A DNA stretch of 63,829 bases, counting the filler, from Octopus bimaculoides (taxonomy: Eukaryota): NCBI RefSeq assembly GCF_001194135.2. It is 7 parts of 7 records of this genome, joined end to end, with 100 filler letters (N's around TTAATTAATTAA, not from the genome) between each part and the next. Parts side by side here need not be neighbours in the genome. Positions count along the whole stretch, not along the records: positions 1 to 4,819 come from NC_069003.1; positions 4,920 to 22,852 come from NC_068983.1; 5 more parts are not named here. One strand, written 5' to 3'. A program made the position numbers and the translations under genes. Shown here piece by piece: positions 1 through 12,135 of the stretch. Under the pieces are notes generated by a model, which did not search any database, was not told the origin of the DNA, and was given only the letters and a program-made list of their open reading frames with translations. Each line of letters begins with the position of its first letter. Positions within the stretch are counted from its first letter, which is position 1.

Positions 1-94
1 TACACGCACACACACAGTACATCAATGAACGATGTAATTTTTCAAAGGAAGTCAATGAGCTCGCTATAATTACTTTCACAGACACGATCACCGC

Positions 95-106
95 CGTCAC
101 CATCAC

Positions 107-162
<56 letters not shown>

Positions 163-590
163 CCAACACCAGACTTCTATCATAATCATTATCTATGGTA
201 ATTTATCAAATCCCCAGCGCTGCATGACCACCAGCCTCGTTACCACACCAGCCCCAGCCCCGCCCTCACCACTTTCAGCTTCATTACAATTATCAACATC
301 AACGCGGTAATCATCGCCATGATCATCATCATCATCATCACCATCATCATCATCACCATCATCAGCAGCAGTAGCAGCACATCATCATCATCAACTTCGT
401 CATCGTTATGCTCGTCGTCATAATTGCCGTCGTTGTCGTCGTCATCATTATCACCATCTCCATTATCGTCGTCATCGCCATCACCGTCATCATGACCATC
501 ATGACCATCGTCGTCGCTGACGTTACCCCCCTTGTCATCGTCATCATAATCATTATTATCGTGTTTGTCAGCAGCAGAATCATCTTCTGA
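95..590. repeat. Degenerate (CAT)n/(CGT)n microsatellite field
   Basis: Direct inspection; similar (GAT)n fields at 30780-31015 and 54720-55010. Confidence 0.95.
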
Positions 591-851
591 AAAAAATCTT
601 GCACTTTGCGTGCACTTAGCAAATGTTTTCTAATTAATGGTTAAAATGATTAGATTTGTAGAAACGTTTATGTTTAAATGAGAGAATATTCCGTGTTATT
701 GTTGTTGTCCTTGTCGCTTTCCGAAGCAGGGGGACCTTTGTACACTACTAGCTTCGCACAAAATTTATCCTCTTTAACCCCTTGTTGGAGTTACCTATGG
801 CGATGATATCCCTACCAGAGGGCAGATTGGAACTTCTTTTACTAATTCCAA

Positions 852-938
852 CAATTAGCCAGTCAATGAAAGAAATTTTCCAATTAGTCGGTCAATGAAA
901 GAAATTTTCCAATTAGCCAGTCAATGAAAGAAATTTTC
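852..938. repeat. 29-bp minisatellite, 3 copies
   Basis: CAATTAGCCAGTCAATGAAAGAAATTTTC at 852, 881 (2 mismatches) and 910. Confidence 0.95.
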
Positions 939-999
939 ATGAATATCTAATGTGCCATCACTAGACTTCCAAACATGTTCATATAAACTGCCCTGTGGT

Positions 1000-1215
1000 C
1001 TATTTAAGCTAAATTCTTTGAAAATTCATATTAACTTCTTCATGAATGTTTCTATAGCACTAACTTTCATATTACTTGAAATTACCAGGCCGTCGTCCTT
1101 GTACAAGCCTGAACTGTTGGAGACTCAACACCTCTTGGGGTTATCCTGTATATCTAAAAAAAACTTCCAGTAGGACCTGCTACATTAGCTCCATCATAAG
1201 TCACCTCAGTAAACA
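1000..1215 (-). mobile_element. Penelope-like element RT core relic
   Basis: Minus-strand translation YDGANVA...GLYKDDGLV...KKLI*IFKEF matches the PLE RT YxDD region; stops and frameshifts present. Confidence 0.7.
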
Positions 1216-2651
1216 TCTAAAACCTAGATCTCTATTCTGAGTGAATTGTCACCTGTCGCTTAGTGACCTCGCTATGGAAGGAAGGAAATTTATGAGATCA
1301 ATTTCGTGAAATTGCGGGCTGCTTTGACCTCGATAGAGTAGAATCAGTTGATAATAGTTGAGTTAAATATCTATTAGACAAATACGGTAAACTTTTTAAT
1401 GTCAGAATTGATGACATGAAGATGTGCTTATTATGCCTACGTCTCTTTTAGACGTCTTAATCAGCTTGCGTTTAAGAATGAAAAATAAATTAGCTTTGTG
1501 GTCCTTAAGAGTAGTGTAGAGAGGTCACATAAGGAAGCGATACATATAGTCTTCTATAGTTAACATAGAAGCAAGCCCTTTCCCGTCAATGCTTATATCA
1601 TAAATTTTTTTTCTGCTCACTCAAATCCTCACGCATTACATCTAACAGCGCAGTAGATGGCTGTTGCTTATAACATGATTATTTTTTTCTGAAAATTTAC
1701 CTCCTACGATAGAGCTATCGAGATATCTATGCGTTGAACATACACCATATTCTATCAGCTTACCCACCTTAAATAATCAGTATTGGCCTAGCTACTGCTT
1801 TGGAAGCAAAACGACAACTAAATAAAAGACAATGAAACATGAATGAGTAGTTATATTTCACGTATGGCTACAAAGACCCAAAATTACACGAACACGAACA
1901 GACACACAGACACGCACACACACACACATATGTACGTGTGTTTGTGTATGTTTATGTATGTGTGCATGTTTCTATGCATGCGTATATGTATGTACGTATA
2001 TATCTAAGAGCGTACATACACACATACATATCTCTGTAATTATGAAATAGGTATATACAAATACATACATGTATGTATACGTGTGTGTGCCTTTAACAAT
2101 ATTTACCAATAAACCAATATTCAAGCTCGTGTACCTGAACCACAATGTATATAGAATCCACATATAGGCATCTTAAATGGTCTTAGCATAAATATATAGA
2201 CATATGTGTGCGTGAGTGTGTGCATGTGCATGTGTGTGGGTATGTGTGTACACGTGTGTGCTTGCGGGCGCACGAGTTTCCTTATATATATATATATATA
2301 TANNNNNNNNNNNNNNNNNNNNNNNNNNNNNNNNNNNNNNNNNNNNNNNNNNNNNNNNNNNNNNNNNNNNNNNNNNNNNNNNNNNNNNNNNNNNNNNNNN
2401 NNNNNNNNNNNNNNNNNAATTGTATGTGTGTGTAGAGATGTATTTGTCTACATATGCGTGTGTGTGTGTGTGTGTGCTGTGTGCGGTCTGTGCGTTCCAT
2501 TATACGTATATACATACAGAACTGCACATTATTAGGAATGAATGTATAAATATATGCGTTTGAACGTATATGTACGTATATATATATATATATATATATA
2601 GAAATGAATATAACTATAATATACATACATAATACACACACATATATACAA

Positions 2652-2686
<35 letters not shown>

Positions 2687-2900
2687 AACACTTACATCTA
2701 TTGTACACATAACTACCGTGTATTATATTTTCGTTTATCATATCTTTTATGATCTATATTCACACGCATACGTATACATTAAGAGCTACGTATACACACA
2801 CTTGTGCGTGTGTATAAATGTATGTATATTCATATATAACTATGTATGTATATATATGTGTGTGTGTGTGTATGCATATATATATATGTACATGCATATG

Positions 2901-2981
<81 letters not shown>

Positions 2982-3089
2982 TACACACCCACTCACACGC
3001 TCACACACGCGCACACATAGAAGACCACTTACGTATATCTATTCAAATCCATAATTGTGTGCCTGATGATATCTCTATTCAGTGAAAAG

Positions 3090-3240
3090 AGCTCAATTTC
3101 CCGCCTGACTTCATCCAATAGATGTCGCTTGTCACATGACCAGATCACACAGCTGCTGTCCTATCGCACGCGCAGCCTCTTATATTAGTTTTTACCCAGC
3201 ATTCCTTTATGTAATATTACGTAATAAACTTACCGCCATT
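3090..3240. promoter_or_regulatory. Candidate promoter: E2F-like TTTCCCGC, CCAAT, GTCACATGAC E-box, tandem D-boxes
   Basis: Motifs at 3097-3104, 3115-3119, 3131-3140, 3207-3214 and 3217-3224 within a short CpG-containing unique island between microsatellites. Confidence 0.4.
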
Positions 3241-3528
3241 AAATATTCTCTACAATTTCATGTAGCAATTTGAAGATTTTATTTTTACTTTTCTTTCCTA
3301 AATGTTTCTCGTTTATTCACTCTCGTTCTGTTTCATTTTGATTTCTATAAGTTTGTCGATGTATCAGTCTACCAGCTCATCTATCTACCATTCTCTCCAG
3401 CTATCTATTTCTCTCTCTATATATATCTGCATCTCTCTCCCCGTCTCTCTTTCTCCCCCTCTAATTCTCTTTACACATGCGCACACATACACATGCATAC
3501 ACACACATACGTATGTGTGTCTATATGT

Positions 3529-3570
<42 letters not shown>

Positions 3571-4247
3571 NNNNNNNNNNNNNNNNNNNNNNNNNNNNNN
3601 NNNNNNNNNNNNNNNNNNNNNNNNNNNNNNNNNNNNNNNNNNNNNNNNNNNNNNNNNNNNNNNNNNNNNNNNNNNNNNNNNNNNNNNNNNNNNNNNNNNN
3701 NNNNNNNNNNNNNNNNNNNNNNNNNNNNNNNNNNNNNNNNNNNNNNNNNNNNNNNNNNNNNNNNNNNNNNNNNNNNNNNNNNNNNNNNNNNNNNNNNNNN
3801 NNNNNNNNNNNNNNNNNNNNNNNNNNNNNNNNNNNNNNNNNNNNNNNNNNNNNNNNNNNNNNNNNNNNNNNNNNNNNNNNNNNNNNNNNNNNNNNNNNNN
3901 NNNNNNNNNNNNNNNNNNNNNNNNNNNNNNNNNNNNNNNNNNNNNNNNNNNNNNNNNNNNNNNNNNNNNNNNNNNNNNNNNNNNNNNNNNNNNNNNNNNN
4001 NNNNNNNNNNNNNNNNNNNNNNNNNNNNNNNNNNNNNNNNNNNNNNNNNNNNNNNNNNNNNNNNNNNNNNNNNNNNNNNNNNNNNNNNNNNNNNNNNNNN
4101 NNNNNNNNNNNNNNNNNNNNNNNNNNNNNNNNNNNNNNNNNNNNNNNNNNNNNNNNNNNNNNNNNNNNNNNNNNNNNNNNNNNNNNNNNNNNNNNNNNNN
4201 NNNNNNNNNNNNNNNNNNNNNNNNNTATATATATGTAAATATATAAA

Positions 4248-4819
4248 AAGGATCTACACAAATTTTTCTCAGGTATGAATCTATCAATAACATTTGAAAA
4301 CACATACAAAACGGCTAACTTCTTGGACGTTTCTCTGAACCTATCTAACTCGCAGCACTCCCCCTATCATAAACCCAACCAGTACCTAAAATACTTCAAT
4401 ATGCAATCTAATCATCACAGATCGTACACTAGAACAAAATCACAATGGATCCCAACCCATTAATATTCTAGATAATAACAATACCAATAATAACATTGAT
4501 AGGACAAATAGCCATAACAATAATTCCATTGATCTAGATTCCTACACATCCCCCAATAACATATCCTCCAATAATAATAACTCACCCACCAGCATACGCA
4601 ACCCTCTAGCCTCCTACACTTGTAACTGTCGCTCCGGGACTATCTGCCCGCTTCAAACGCACTGCGTAAGATACAATGTAATATATAAATGCACCGTGAG
4701 AAATCTATTACATAACTCTACTGCTACATACATAGGTGCAACTAAAAACTTCAAACATCGCTAAGCAGCCCATTTGCACTCTTTTAGATACGACAAACAG
4801 TAAATCTACAACATTAGCC
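4248..4819 (+). mobile_element. Penelope-like element fragment (RT thumb + Cys linker + GIY-YIG endonuclease)
   Basis: NFLDVSLNL..PYHKPN..Y.N..SNH, then CNCR...CPL...C...VIYKC...YIGAT..FK.R...H; internally deleted, with stops. Confidence 0.9.
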
Positions 4820-4942
4820 NNNNNNNNNNNNNNNNNNNNNNNNNNNNNNNNNNNNNNNNNNNNTTAATTAATTAANNNNNNNNNNNNNNNNNNNNNNNNN
4901 NNNNNNNNNNNNNNNNNNNGACAAATACACAACATATATGTT

Positions 4943-4944
<2 letters not shown>

Positions 4945-4973
<29 letters not shown>

Positions 4974-5850
4974 GTTTAACGTCCGCTTTCCATGCTAGCA
5001 TGGGTTGGGCGATTTGACTGAGGATTGGCAAACCAGATGGCTGCACCAGGCTCCAATCTAATCTGGCAGAGTTTCTACAGCTGTATGCCCTTCCTAATGC
5101 CAACCACTCTGAGAGTGTAGTGGGTGCTTTTACGTGCCACCGGCACGAGGGCCAGTCAGGCAGTACTGGCAATGGCCATGCTCAAAATGGTGTTTTTTAC
5201 GTGCCATCTACACAGGAGCCAGTCCAGCGGCACTGGCAACGACCTCACTCAGATGTTTTTTCACGTGCCACCGGCACAAGTGCCAGTAAGGCTATGCTGG
5301 TAACGATCATGCTCAAATGGTGCTATTTACATTCCACTTGCAATGATCACGCTTGGATGGTGCTGTTAGCGCTCCACTGGCACAGGTGCCAGTCATTGAA
5401 TTTGGTTCAATTTCGATTTCACTTGCCCCAACAGGTCTTCGCAAGCAGAGTTTAGTGTCCAATGAAGGAAAGGTACGCATAAGTGGGCTGGCTATATCCC
5501 TGGCAGAGGCCACGGATTATGGTCTCACTTGGCTTGTCGGGTCTTCTCACGCACAGCATATTTCCAAAGGTCTCAGTTACTAGTCATTGCCTTGGTGAGG
5601 CCTAATGTTCAAAGGTTGTGCTTCACCACCTCATCTCAGGTCTTCCTGGGTCTACCGCTTCCACAGGTTCCCTCAACCACTAGGGTGTGGCACTTTTTCA
5701 CACAGCTATCCTCATCCATTCTCGCCACATAACCATACCAGCGCAATCGTCACTCTTGCACACCACAACTGATGCTTCTTAGGTCCAACTTTTCTCTCAA
5801 GGTACTTGTGATCGATCATGCTAGCATGGAAAGCGGACGTTAAACGACGA
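4945..5850 (-). mobile_element. 5'-truncated RTE-clade LINE (RT C-terminus, 3' UTR with tandem hairpin units, (GAT)n tail) plus a short inverted 3' end
   Basis: RLRWYG..RMDEDSCVKKC..VEG..GSGRPRKT at 5520-5810; tail (CAT)n on + at 4945-4972; plus-sense terminal 3' copy at 5817-5850. Confidence 0.88.
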
Positions 5851-8429
5851 TATATATAAATGAACATGCACACACATCTATACATTCATGAATGCAAAAA
5901 ATACTCTCCTTATTTCTACAGAAGTAGAGCTGAAATTGTATCATCTTCGTACTTGAACATTAGTATCTTAATAGTTAATTCAAAATTTGCTCTATACCAA
6001 CAACCAAACAAAATTCATCTGTTAGTTATTTTCTAGTACTTACTTTAAACCTTTCAATACCAACCTGACCAAGACTACTCTTGGTGCCATGTTATTAACC
6101 CACTGAGTGTTGCTTGTATTGAAATGTTTGTTTTAATTGAAATCTCAAGTAAAATTTTATTAATTATATAAATGCTTACATGAAAATACATGGATAAAAC
6201 TACCATCATAGTTTTAAGATATTGTATTGCAAACATCAGCTTCATATGTATTCATTTTTACCTTTTACTTGTGTGAGTCTTTGGACTGTGGCCATGCTAG
6301 GGCACTGAACAAATTGACCCCAGTACTTTTCTTTTTTAAAGTTTGGTACTTATCAGTGTCTTTTGCTGAATTACTAAGTTATGGGGACATAAATAAACTC
6401 CAGTTGTCAAGCAATGGTGAGGACAGATACAAAGACACATGTGCACATACACACACATATATATACACTGCAGGCTTCTTTCAGTTTCCATCTATCAAAT
6501 CCATTCAGAAAGCTTAAAGTTTCTGTTTTAGCTAAGCTCATTCCAAATTCTTGATAAAAGCATTTTTGTCAGAGACATAGTATAAAAATGGATTAAAGAA
6601 TTTGTCACAAATGAATTCTCTATTTTAAAACTTTGTTGGGTGGTCAATGTTAGGAAGGACATCCAGCTGTAAAGACCATGCCAAAACAGACACAGACGTC
6701 TGGTGCAGTCTTCTGCCTGGCCAGCTCATGTTAAACAATGATGATGTATCATTTTGTCACAAGACTTGAAGTGTAGATTTCAAAAAGAGGGGGAAAAAAC
6801 TGTATGCAGCAGTTTGTATTAACTTCAAAATTTGATCTGAATTTTCTGTTATTTTTTTCAAAATAAAACAGGCACAGACATGTCTGTGTGTTTAAGAAGC
6901 TTGCTTTGCAACTACATGGTTTTGGATTCAGTCCCACTGTCTAATAACTTAAGCAAGCATATTCTGCTATAACTCCAGGCTTACCAATTCCTTGTGAATG
7001 AATTTGGTAGATGGAAACTGTGGAAGCCCATAGTACATATACATGGGTAGTGGTGGTGGGGTGACACTGACAGAATAAGTGTCAGACTTAAAAAAAAGTT
7101 AGTACTGGTGGGGAAGTAACCTGTTTGACTAAATCCCTTCAACATGGTACCCCAGTATGGCCATATTCCAATGACTGAAACATATACAATATAGCAAAAC
7201 ATGCTTCTGAACTTAAATTATAACTAAGACAATCTAATGAGTTTCACTCATCTCTTACATGTTGGCTGAAAGTACAAATTTTTTACAGAAGTATAGAATT
7301 TAGGCCTTCAGTGTCAGTGACAGGATCTAAAATGAAAACCTGGCTTGTTGACTAAGCTTGCTGTCCCCTATTTATTTTATGATGTTTGTCATGGCTCTGA
7401 ACAGCATCCTCTTTTATCCTTCTAGAATGAAAGAAAAAGGAGTAAAAAAAATGGATAAATTTTATCAATTGTAGCTGATTTCTGTCTCATGACAATTTCT
7501 TTATACTAATTTTACATGTTCCTTTTTTTTTTCCTGTTTATATATTTTTGTGTGTGTGTGTGTGTGTGTATTTTACAAATTTAATATTTTAGCAAAGAAT
7601 CTCTGCTTTTACTAATTCAGTAGCTCTTCAGAAACTGAGAAGAGTTGTGAATTAGCAAAAGAGGAGTTTCTTGCTAAAACTTGAAATTTGTAAAACTATT
7701 TGCTCTGCTGTTATTTTAAATTCATATTTAGTTCTCTGTCATCTTTGGGGCATCCTGTAGGATGACATAGATAGATAGATTGATTGATTGATTGATTGAT
7801 TGTCATTTTTTGATTCAAGAATTTTTTGGTGTGCTCGAGATGATCACTTTATCTTAACAGATGATAGCTGTCACACTTAATGTACATTATCCAAATAATC
7901 TGCATTACATATGCTCTGAGATGAATCTTAAAACCAGCAGATGACCCTGCAAAACTTCAAACATATATAACAGATAAGATTCAAAACTTCTACATGGTTC
8001 ATATAGCTTATTTATGATATGGTAATATTATGTGCTTTTTCAAACCTAGATTACTCTGACAATTTTTTCTAAATACCACAGAGGTGTTGTTACCATAAAA
8101 AGATAATAAATTATTGTTAGATACATTTTGATTTCACAAATTAATGTACGATTTAATGTAGCTTATATAGCCAGCTTTTGACAGGAGATGTTGCTCACAA
8201 ACATATCATTTACAATTCTTAATCTTATCTGAGGCATCAGTGATAACTCCCATTTTTCAAAGTGCATTTTAACTGTACATGCTGCCTTTTGGCTTGCTCA
8301 AAGCTAACAATACCTTCCTTTACCGGAGACCTCCATCTGTTTCTATCAGTTACTTTCACTTCCTAGACTTGAACAACTCTCAATTTCACTAAGTTATCAT
8401 GAATGCAGTCTTTGTACTGTTTCTTTTGC

Positions 8430-8810
8430 TAATATTGAAATCATTTTCCAAATTGTAATTCCCCATAAAATGACCGTTTGGGTGGCCTCATATTTGACAG
8501 ACATACAAGGTGCCTTGCTTATTGCATTTGAATTTGTACTGCGATTCAAAAGATACACAGCTTGCCCCTGAAGCATTTCCATATATATCTGACCGCAGAT
8601 CTTCCCATTTCACCTTCAGTATTCTTCTGAGGCATTTGTGGTGGAATCTCTCAAGCATTTTTATGTATCTACTATGAGTTGCCCATGTTTCGCAAGCATA
8701 CAAGAGTATTGTCAGTATAAATGTCTTGTAAACACTGATTTTTTGTGTAAGCTATAATACCTCTGTCTGGCCATAGCATCATCTCAAGTTTGCTGCATAG
8801 TGTGCTTGCT
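8430..8810 (-). mobile_element. Degraded RTE LINE RT fragment
   Basis: KISVYKT.ILT.LLYACETW...LERFH.KCLRRILKVKWED motif. Confidence 0.8.
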
Positions 8811-8885
8811 TTTTGATTTTTAGTATGTATGTATGGGTGTGTGTGTGTGTGTACAATGATTCATAAATTTCTTTAGTATTTAAAT

Positions 8886-9424
8886 TAGGGGAGGGGAAAC
8901 TGTTTAGTGTGGCGCACAAAAATTTCCCCCCCCCCCAAAAAAAAAGGTTTGCAGGCGGATCATAAGTTCTAACGCTTATATCTGTGTAAATCTTGTATAT
9001 ATCTATGTATAATTCGATATACATTAATAAAGATAAGTTTAATTCATTAAATTAACACGTAACATCTTCATTAACACCACTGCTGAATTTAGGACATTTA
9101 TATTACTCATGAGGTATTCTAAATTTTTCAGCTAGACTGTAGTTGGGTCTCAAGGGGGTGGTACAAACTTAGCAATATGTGTTTTATAGTGAAGACAAAA
9201 TTCCCATTCAAATGGCAATTGCTGGACGATTTTCTGTTCGAGTATAACCATTTTAAGTCATAGTGGAAATGTGACCTATGTTACAAAGAGGCATACGAGT
9301 ATTGTATAAATTATATAATTAAAAAATTGACTATATTCTGTACATATGAGTATGCCAGCTTGCAGGTGCAATAACATGGGCTCGCAGGTGCAATTGCGCC
9401 TATGGGTGGGGGTTTCCCCACCTG
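8886..9424. mobile_element. hAT-type non-autonomous DNA element
   Basis: Imperfect TIRs (TAGGGGAGGGGAAAC / GTTTCCCCACCTG) flanked by an identical 8-bp TSD ATTTAAAT at 8878-8885 and 9425-9432. Confidence 0.75.
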
Positions 9425-9532
9425 ATTTAAATGATATATAAAGCTATTTTAAAAAATTTTGTTTCACTTTTGTTTTTATATATTTGTAATACTATCCTTG
9501 CAGTTTTGTTCTATCTTTTCATATATATACAC

Positions 9533-9925
9533 ACAGGCGTGGTTGTGTGATAACTAGCTTGCTAACCAACCACATGGTTCCGGATTCAGTCCCACTGCAT
9601 TGCGCCTTGGGCAAGTGTCTTCTACTATAGCCACGGGCCGACCAAAGCCTTGTGAATGGATTTGGCAGACAGAAATTGAAAACAGCCCGTCGTTTATATA
9701 TTATATGTATATGTTTGTGTATCTGTGTTCGTCCCTGCCACCATCGCTTGACAACCGATGTTGGTGTGTTTACATCCCCCATAATCTAGTGGTCCGGCAA
9801 AAGAGACTTATAGAATAAGTACTAGGCTTACATAGAATAAGTCCTGGGGTTGATTTGTTTGACTAAAGGCGGTGCTCCAACATGGCCACAGTCAAATAAC
9901 TGACACAAATAAAAGAATTAAAAGA
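9533..9925 (+). mobile_element. tRNA/CORE-type SINE, near full length
   Basis: Head with B-box-like GGATTCAGTCCC and CORE-like CCTTGGGCAAGTG; family recurs at about 6265-6515(-), 6870-7185(+), 13620-13790(+), 13830-14220(-), 24780-25440(+), 25848-26010(+), 29630-29810(-), 39066-39240(+), 40740-41150(-), 45320-45690(+), 57960-58160(-) and 58980-59140(-). Confidence 0.85.
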
Positions 9926-10660
9926 ATACACATATGTTTGTGTATTTATTAAACTTTTACAAGGAGATGGGTGACAGCAATCTCAGTTTTAGCCTACTAA
10001 CCTTTGTTGGTCAGTCCTCTACTAAAAAGTATTGGGCGTGTTTTTATTATAACTTGATACAACACAATCAAAAGAGGAGAGAATGTACGTTGTGCTAGAA
10101 ATGACACAATATCATTGTAAGCCTCTTCACTGGTCCAGGGATATTCAGTTCAGCTGCTCAGTATGGCCAGGATGGTTGGCAACATCAGTAGCAGAGCAGT
10201 AGGTAAACTTCCCTTGAATTTCTGCTCTGTGGCAGTTTAGGGCAGGATGTCCTTCTTGATTTCAATACATTATTCCACTGGTCAGCAACAACTGAGGTAC
10301 TGGGTAACCTGTTTATGTTGGCTGTAAACAAATGTCACTAACATTGTTAAGACACACAGACAAACATAGAAATATATATATCTGAATGTGTGTATATACA
10401 CTAACATATATCTATCTGTATATGCATACGTTTTCTATATGTGTGTGAAAGGACACATGGCTCAGTGGTTAAGGGTGTTGCACTCACAATAATGAGAACA
10501 TTGTTTCAGTTCCTGGACCAAGTGGTTCATTGTATTTTTGAGCAAAATGCTTCATCTCATATTGCTCTGTGATACCTGATGTGTGGAACATCATGTACCT
10601 GTTGGTGCAAATATACATATATATTACACAGACGAATACATATATATTTATACATACATG

Positions 10661-10714
<54 letters not shown>

Positions 10715-11324
10715 TGTGTGTGTGTGTATACATATCGTTTATTTGTTTCAATCATTGGACAGTGGCCGTGCTGGTCCACCACCTTGAAGGGTTTAGTCAA
10801 ATAAATCTACCCCAGTGATCTCAGTACTTATTGTATGTCTTGCTAAATTAGGGGGTGTAAACAAACTAACACATCTTTCTGTGTGTATATGTGTGCACTT
10901 GTGCGTGCACACACACACACACACACATGAGAGAGAGAGAGAGAGTCAATAGATGAGATCCAGAAATGCTCAATATAGAGAACAATAGTGCTCAAGAGAT
11001 TTGGACTTACACTCTGAAATCTTTATCAAGGACAAAGTCTGCAGAGTAAAGAATAGTTATACGGGGAATCAGGTGAGCAGATATGGAGATAATGATGCAT
11101 GGACTTGAAATTTCATACCTTCTTCCCTCAGTTTTCTGTGTCTTTGTACTCTGTAAATATGCTCTATTAATATATATAGATATCTATATATTTATATGAA
11201 TGTATAAATATATCTTCAGTCTTTGTCCCTCTCTATTGACATGTATATATGTATGTATATTATATATATATCTAGCCTAAGCAGTTTTATTTGTTTATTT
11301 GCCTCATTATCTCTCTCTGTCTCT

Positions 11325-11359
<35 letters not shown>

Positions 11360-11360
11360 G

Positions 11361-11421
11361 TTTTGGTCAATTCTGTCTCTCGTTACTCTGAGTTTTGCAT
11401 GTGGGCGCACAAGGTCTTCAG
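11361..11421 (+). CDS. Unidentified gene, exon A (LVNSVSRYSEFCMWAHKVFS)
   Basis: gcag| acceptor (alternative gag| at 11392), strong donor CAG|gtatgt; phase 2 end joins exon B in frame; in-frame ATG at 11399. Confidence 0.55.
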
Positions 11422-11490
11422 GTATGTTCAACAGTCATAACTTGCCTGAAGACCCTGTGCAGCTACACATAAAACTCAGTAGCAAGGGAC
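11375..11490 (+). other. Long exon-intron inverted repeat (~47 bp imperfect hairpin)
   Basis: Base-by-base pairing of 11375-11428 with 11439-11490 around a 10-nt loop; TTTTGG/CCAAAA extends it to 11361/11504. Confidence 0.85.
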
Positions 11491-12135
11491 TGACTCAGCC
11501 AAAATGAAATCTGTTAATCTCTATTATGGTCTGCAGTAATCTTTTTAATGACAGTCACCACCAATTTGTGACAAATCCCTAAAGGAGATGAAAGCACTAA
11601 GTAAATAGTTAATACCCAATTCTGACTACTTTTTTCTTTAATATATTATGCTCACATTGTAGTAGTGATGATATCCATTTAACTACACATAGATACCTTG
11701 ATACTTACATTGTAGTTTTCATGTTAGCCATCTAAAATGTATATATTATGATTTTCGATATTTATTTTAAATTGTAATAGTTTTATATATTATTTTGTAT
11801 CAACATTTTTAGTTATACCTCTGTAACCTTTGCTCACAGATACTCTGAGAGTGGTAAAGGGTACTAGTAAGTAAATTGAAAATGTGTGATGTAAGGCTTT
11901 GATATATAATAATAATATGCAATTACAAAGTAAAATAAATATATGAAAAAGACTATAGAGGTATGGATGTGATTTAAGAAATTTAATAGAATATGACTGA
12001 ACATTATCTGTAAAATATGTCATACTATCAAGTCAGTATTTAATAATATTCAAATATATATGATGACATTCATCATCATCATCATATATATTCATATATA
12101 TATAAATATATTTTTTTTTCTGTTATCATCTATAG

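Noticed and set aside
3063-3095. CTGATGA...GAAA hammerhead-like words
   Set aside because: Stems II and III do not pair.
2206-4309. Long ORFs rich in YI/CV/HT or X (also polyM/H/I/N ORFs elsewhere)
   Set aside because: Translations of microsatellites and N gaps.
4864-4875. TTAATTAATTAA motif recurring six times (4864, 22898, 30723, 54664, 59467, 61714)
   Set aside because: Always centred in N runs: an assembly linker with stops in all frames, not biology.
5128-5395. CRISPR-like appearance of regularly spaced palindromic units
   Set aside because: Eukaryotic LINE UTR; spacers are homologous to each other and no cas genes are present.
9190-9260. Exon-like segment EDKIPIQMAIAGRFSVR
   Set aside because: Lies inside the hAT element; donors are weak and not phase-compatible with exon A.
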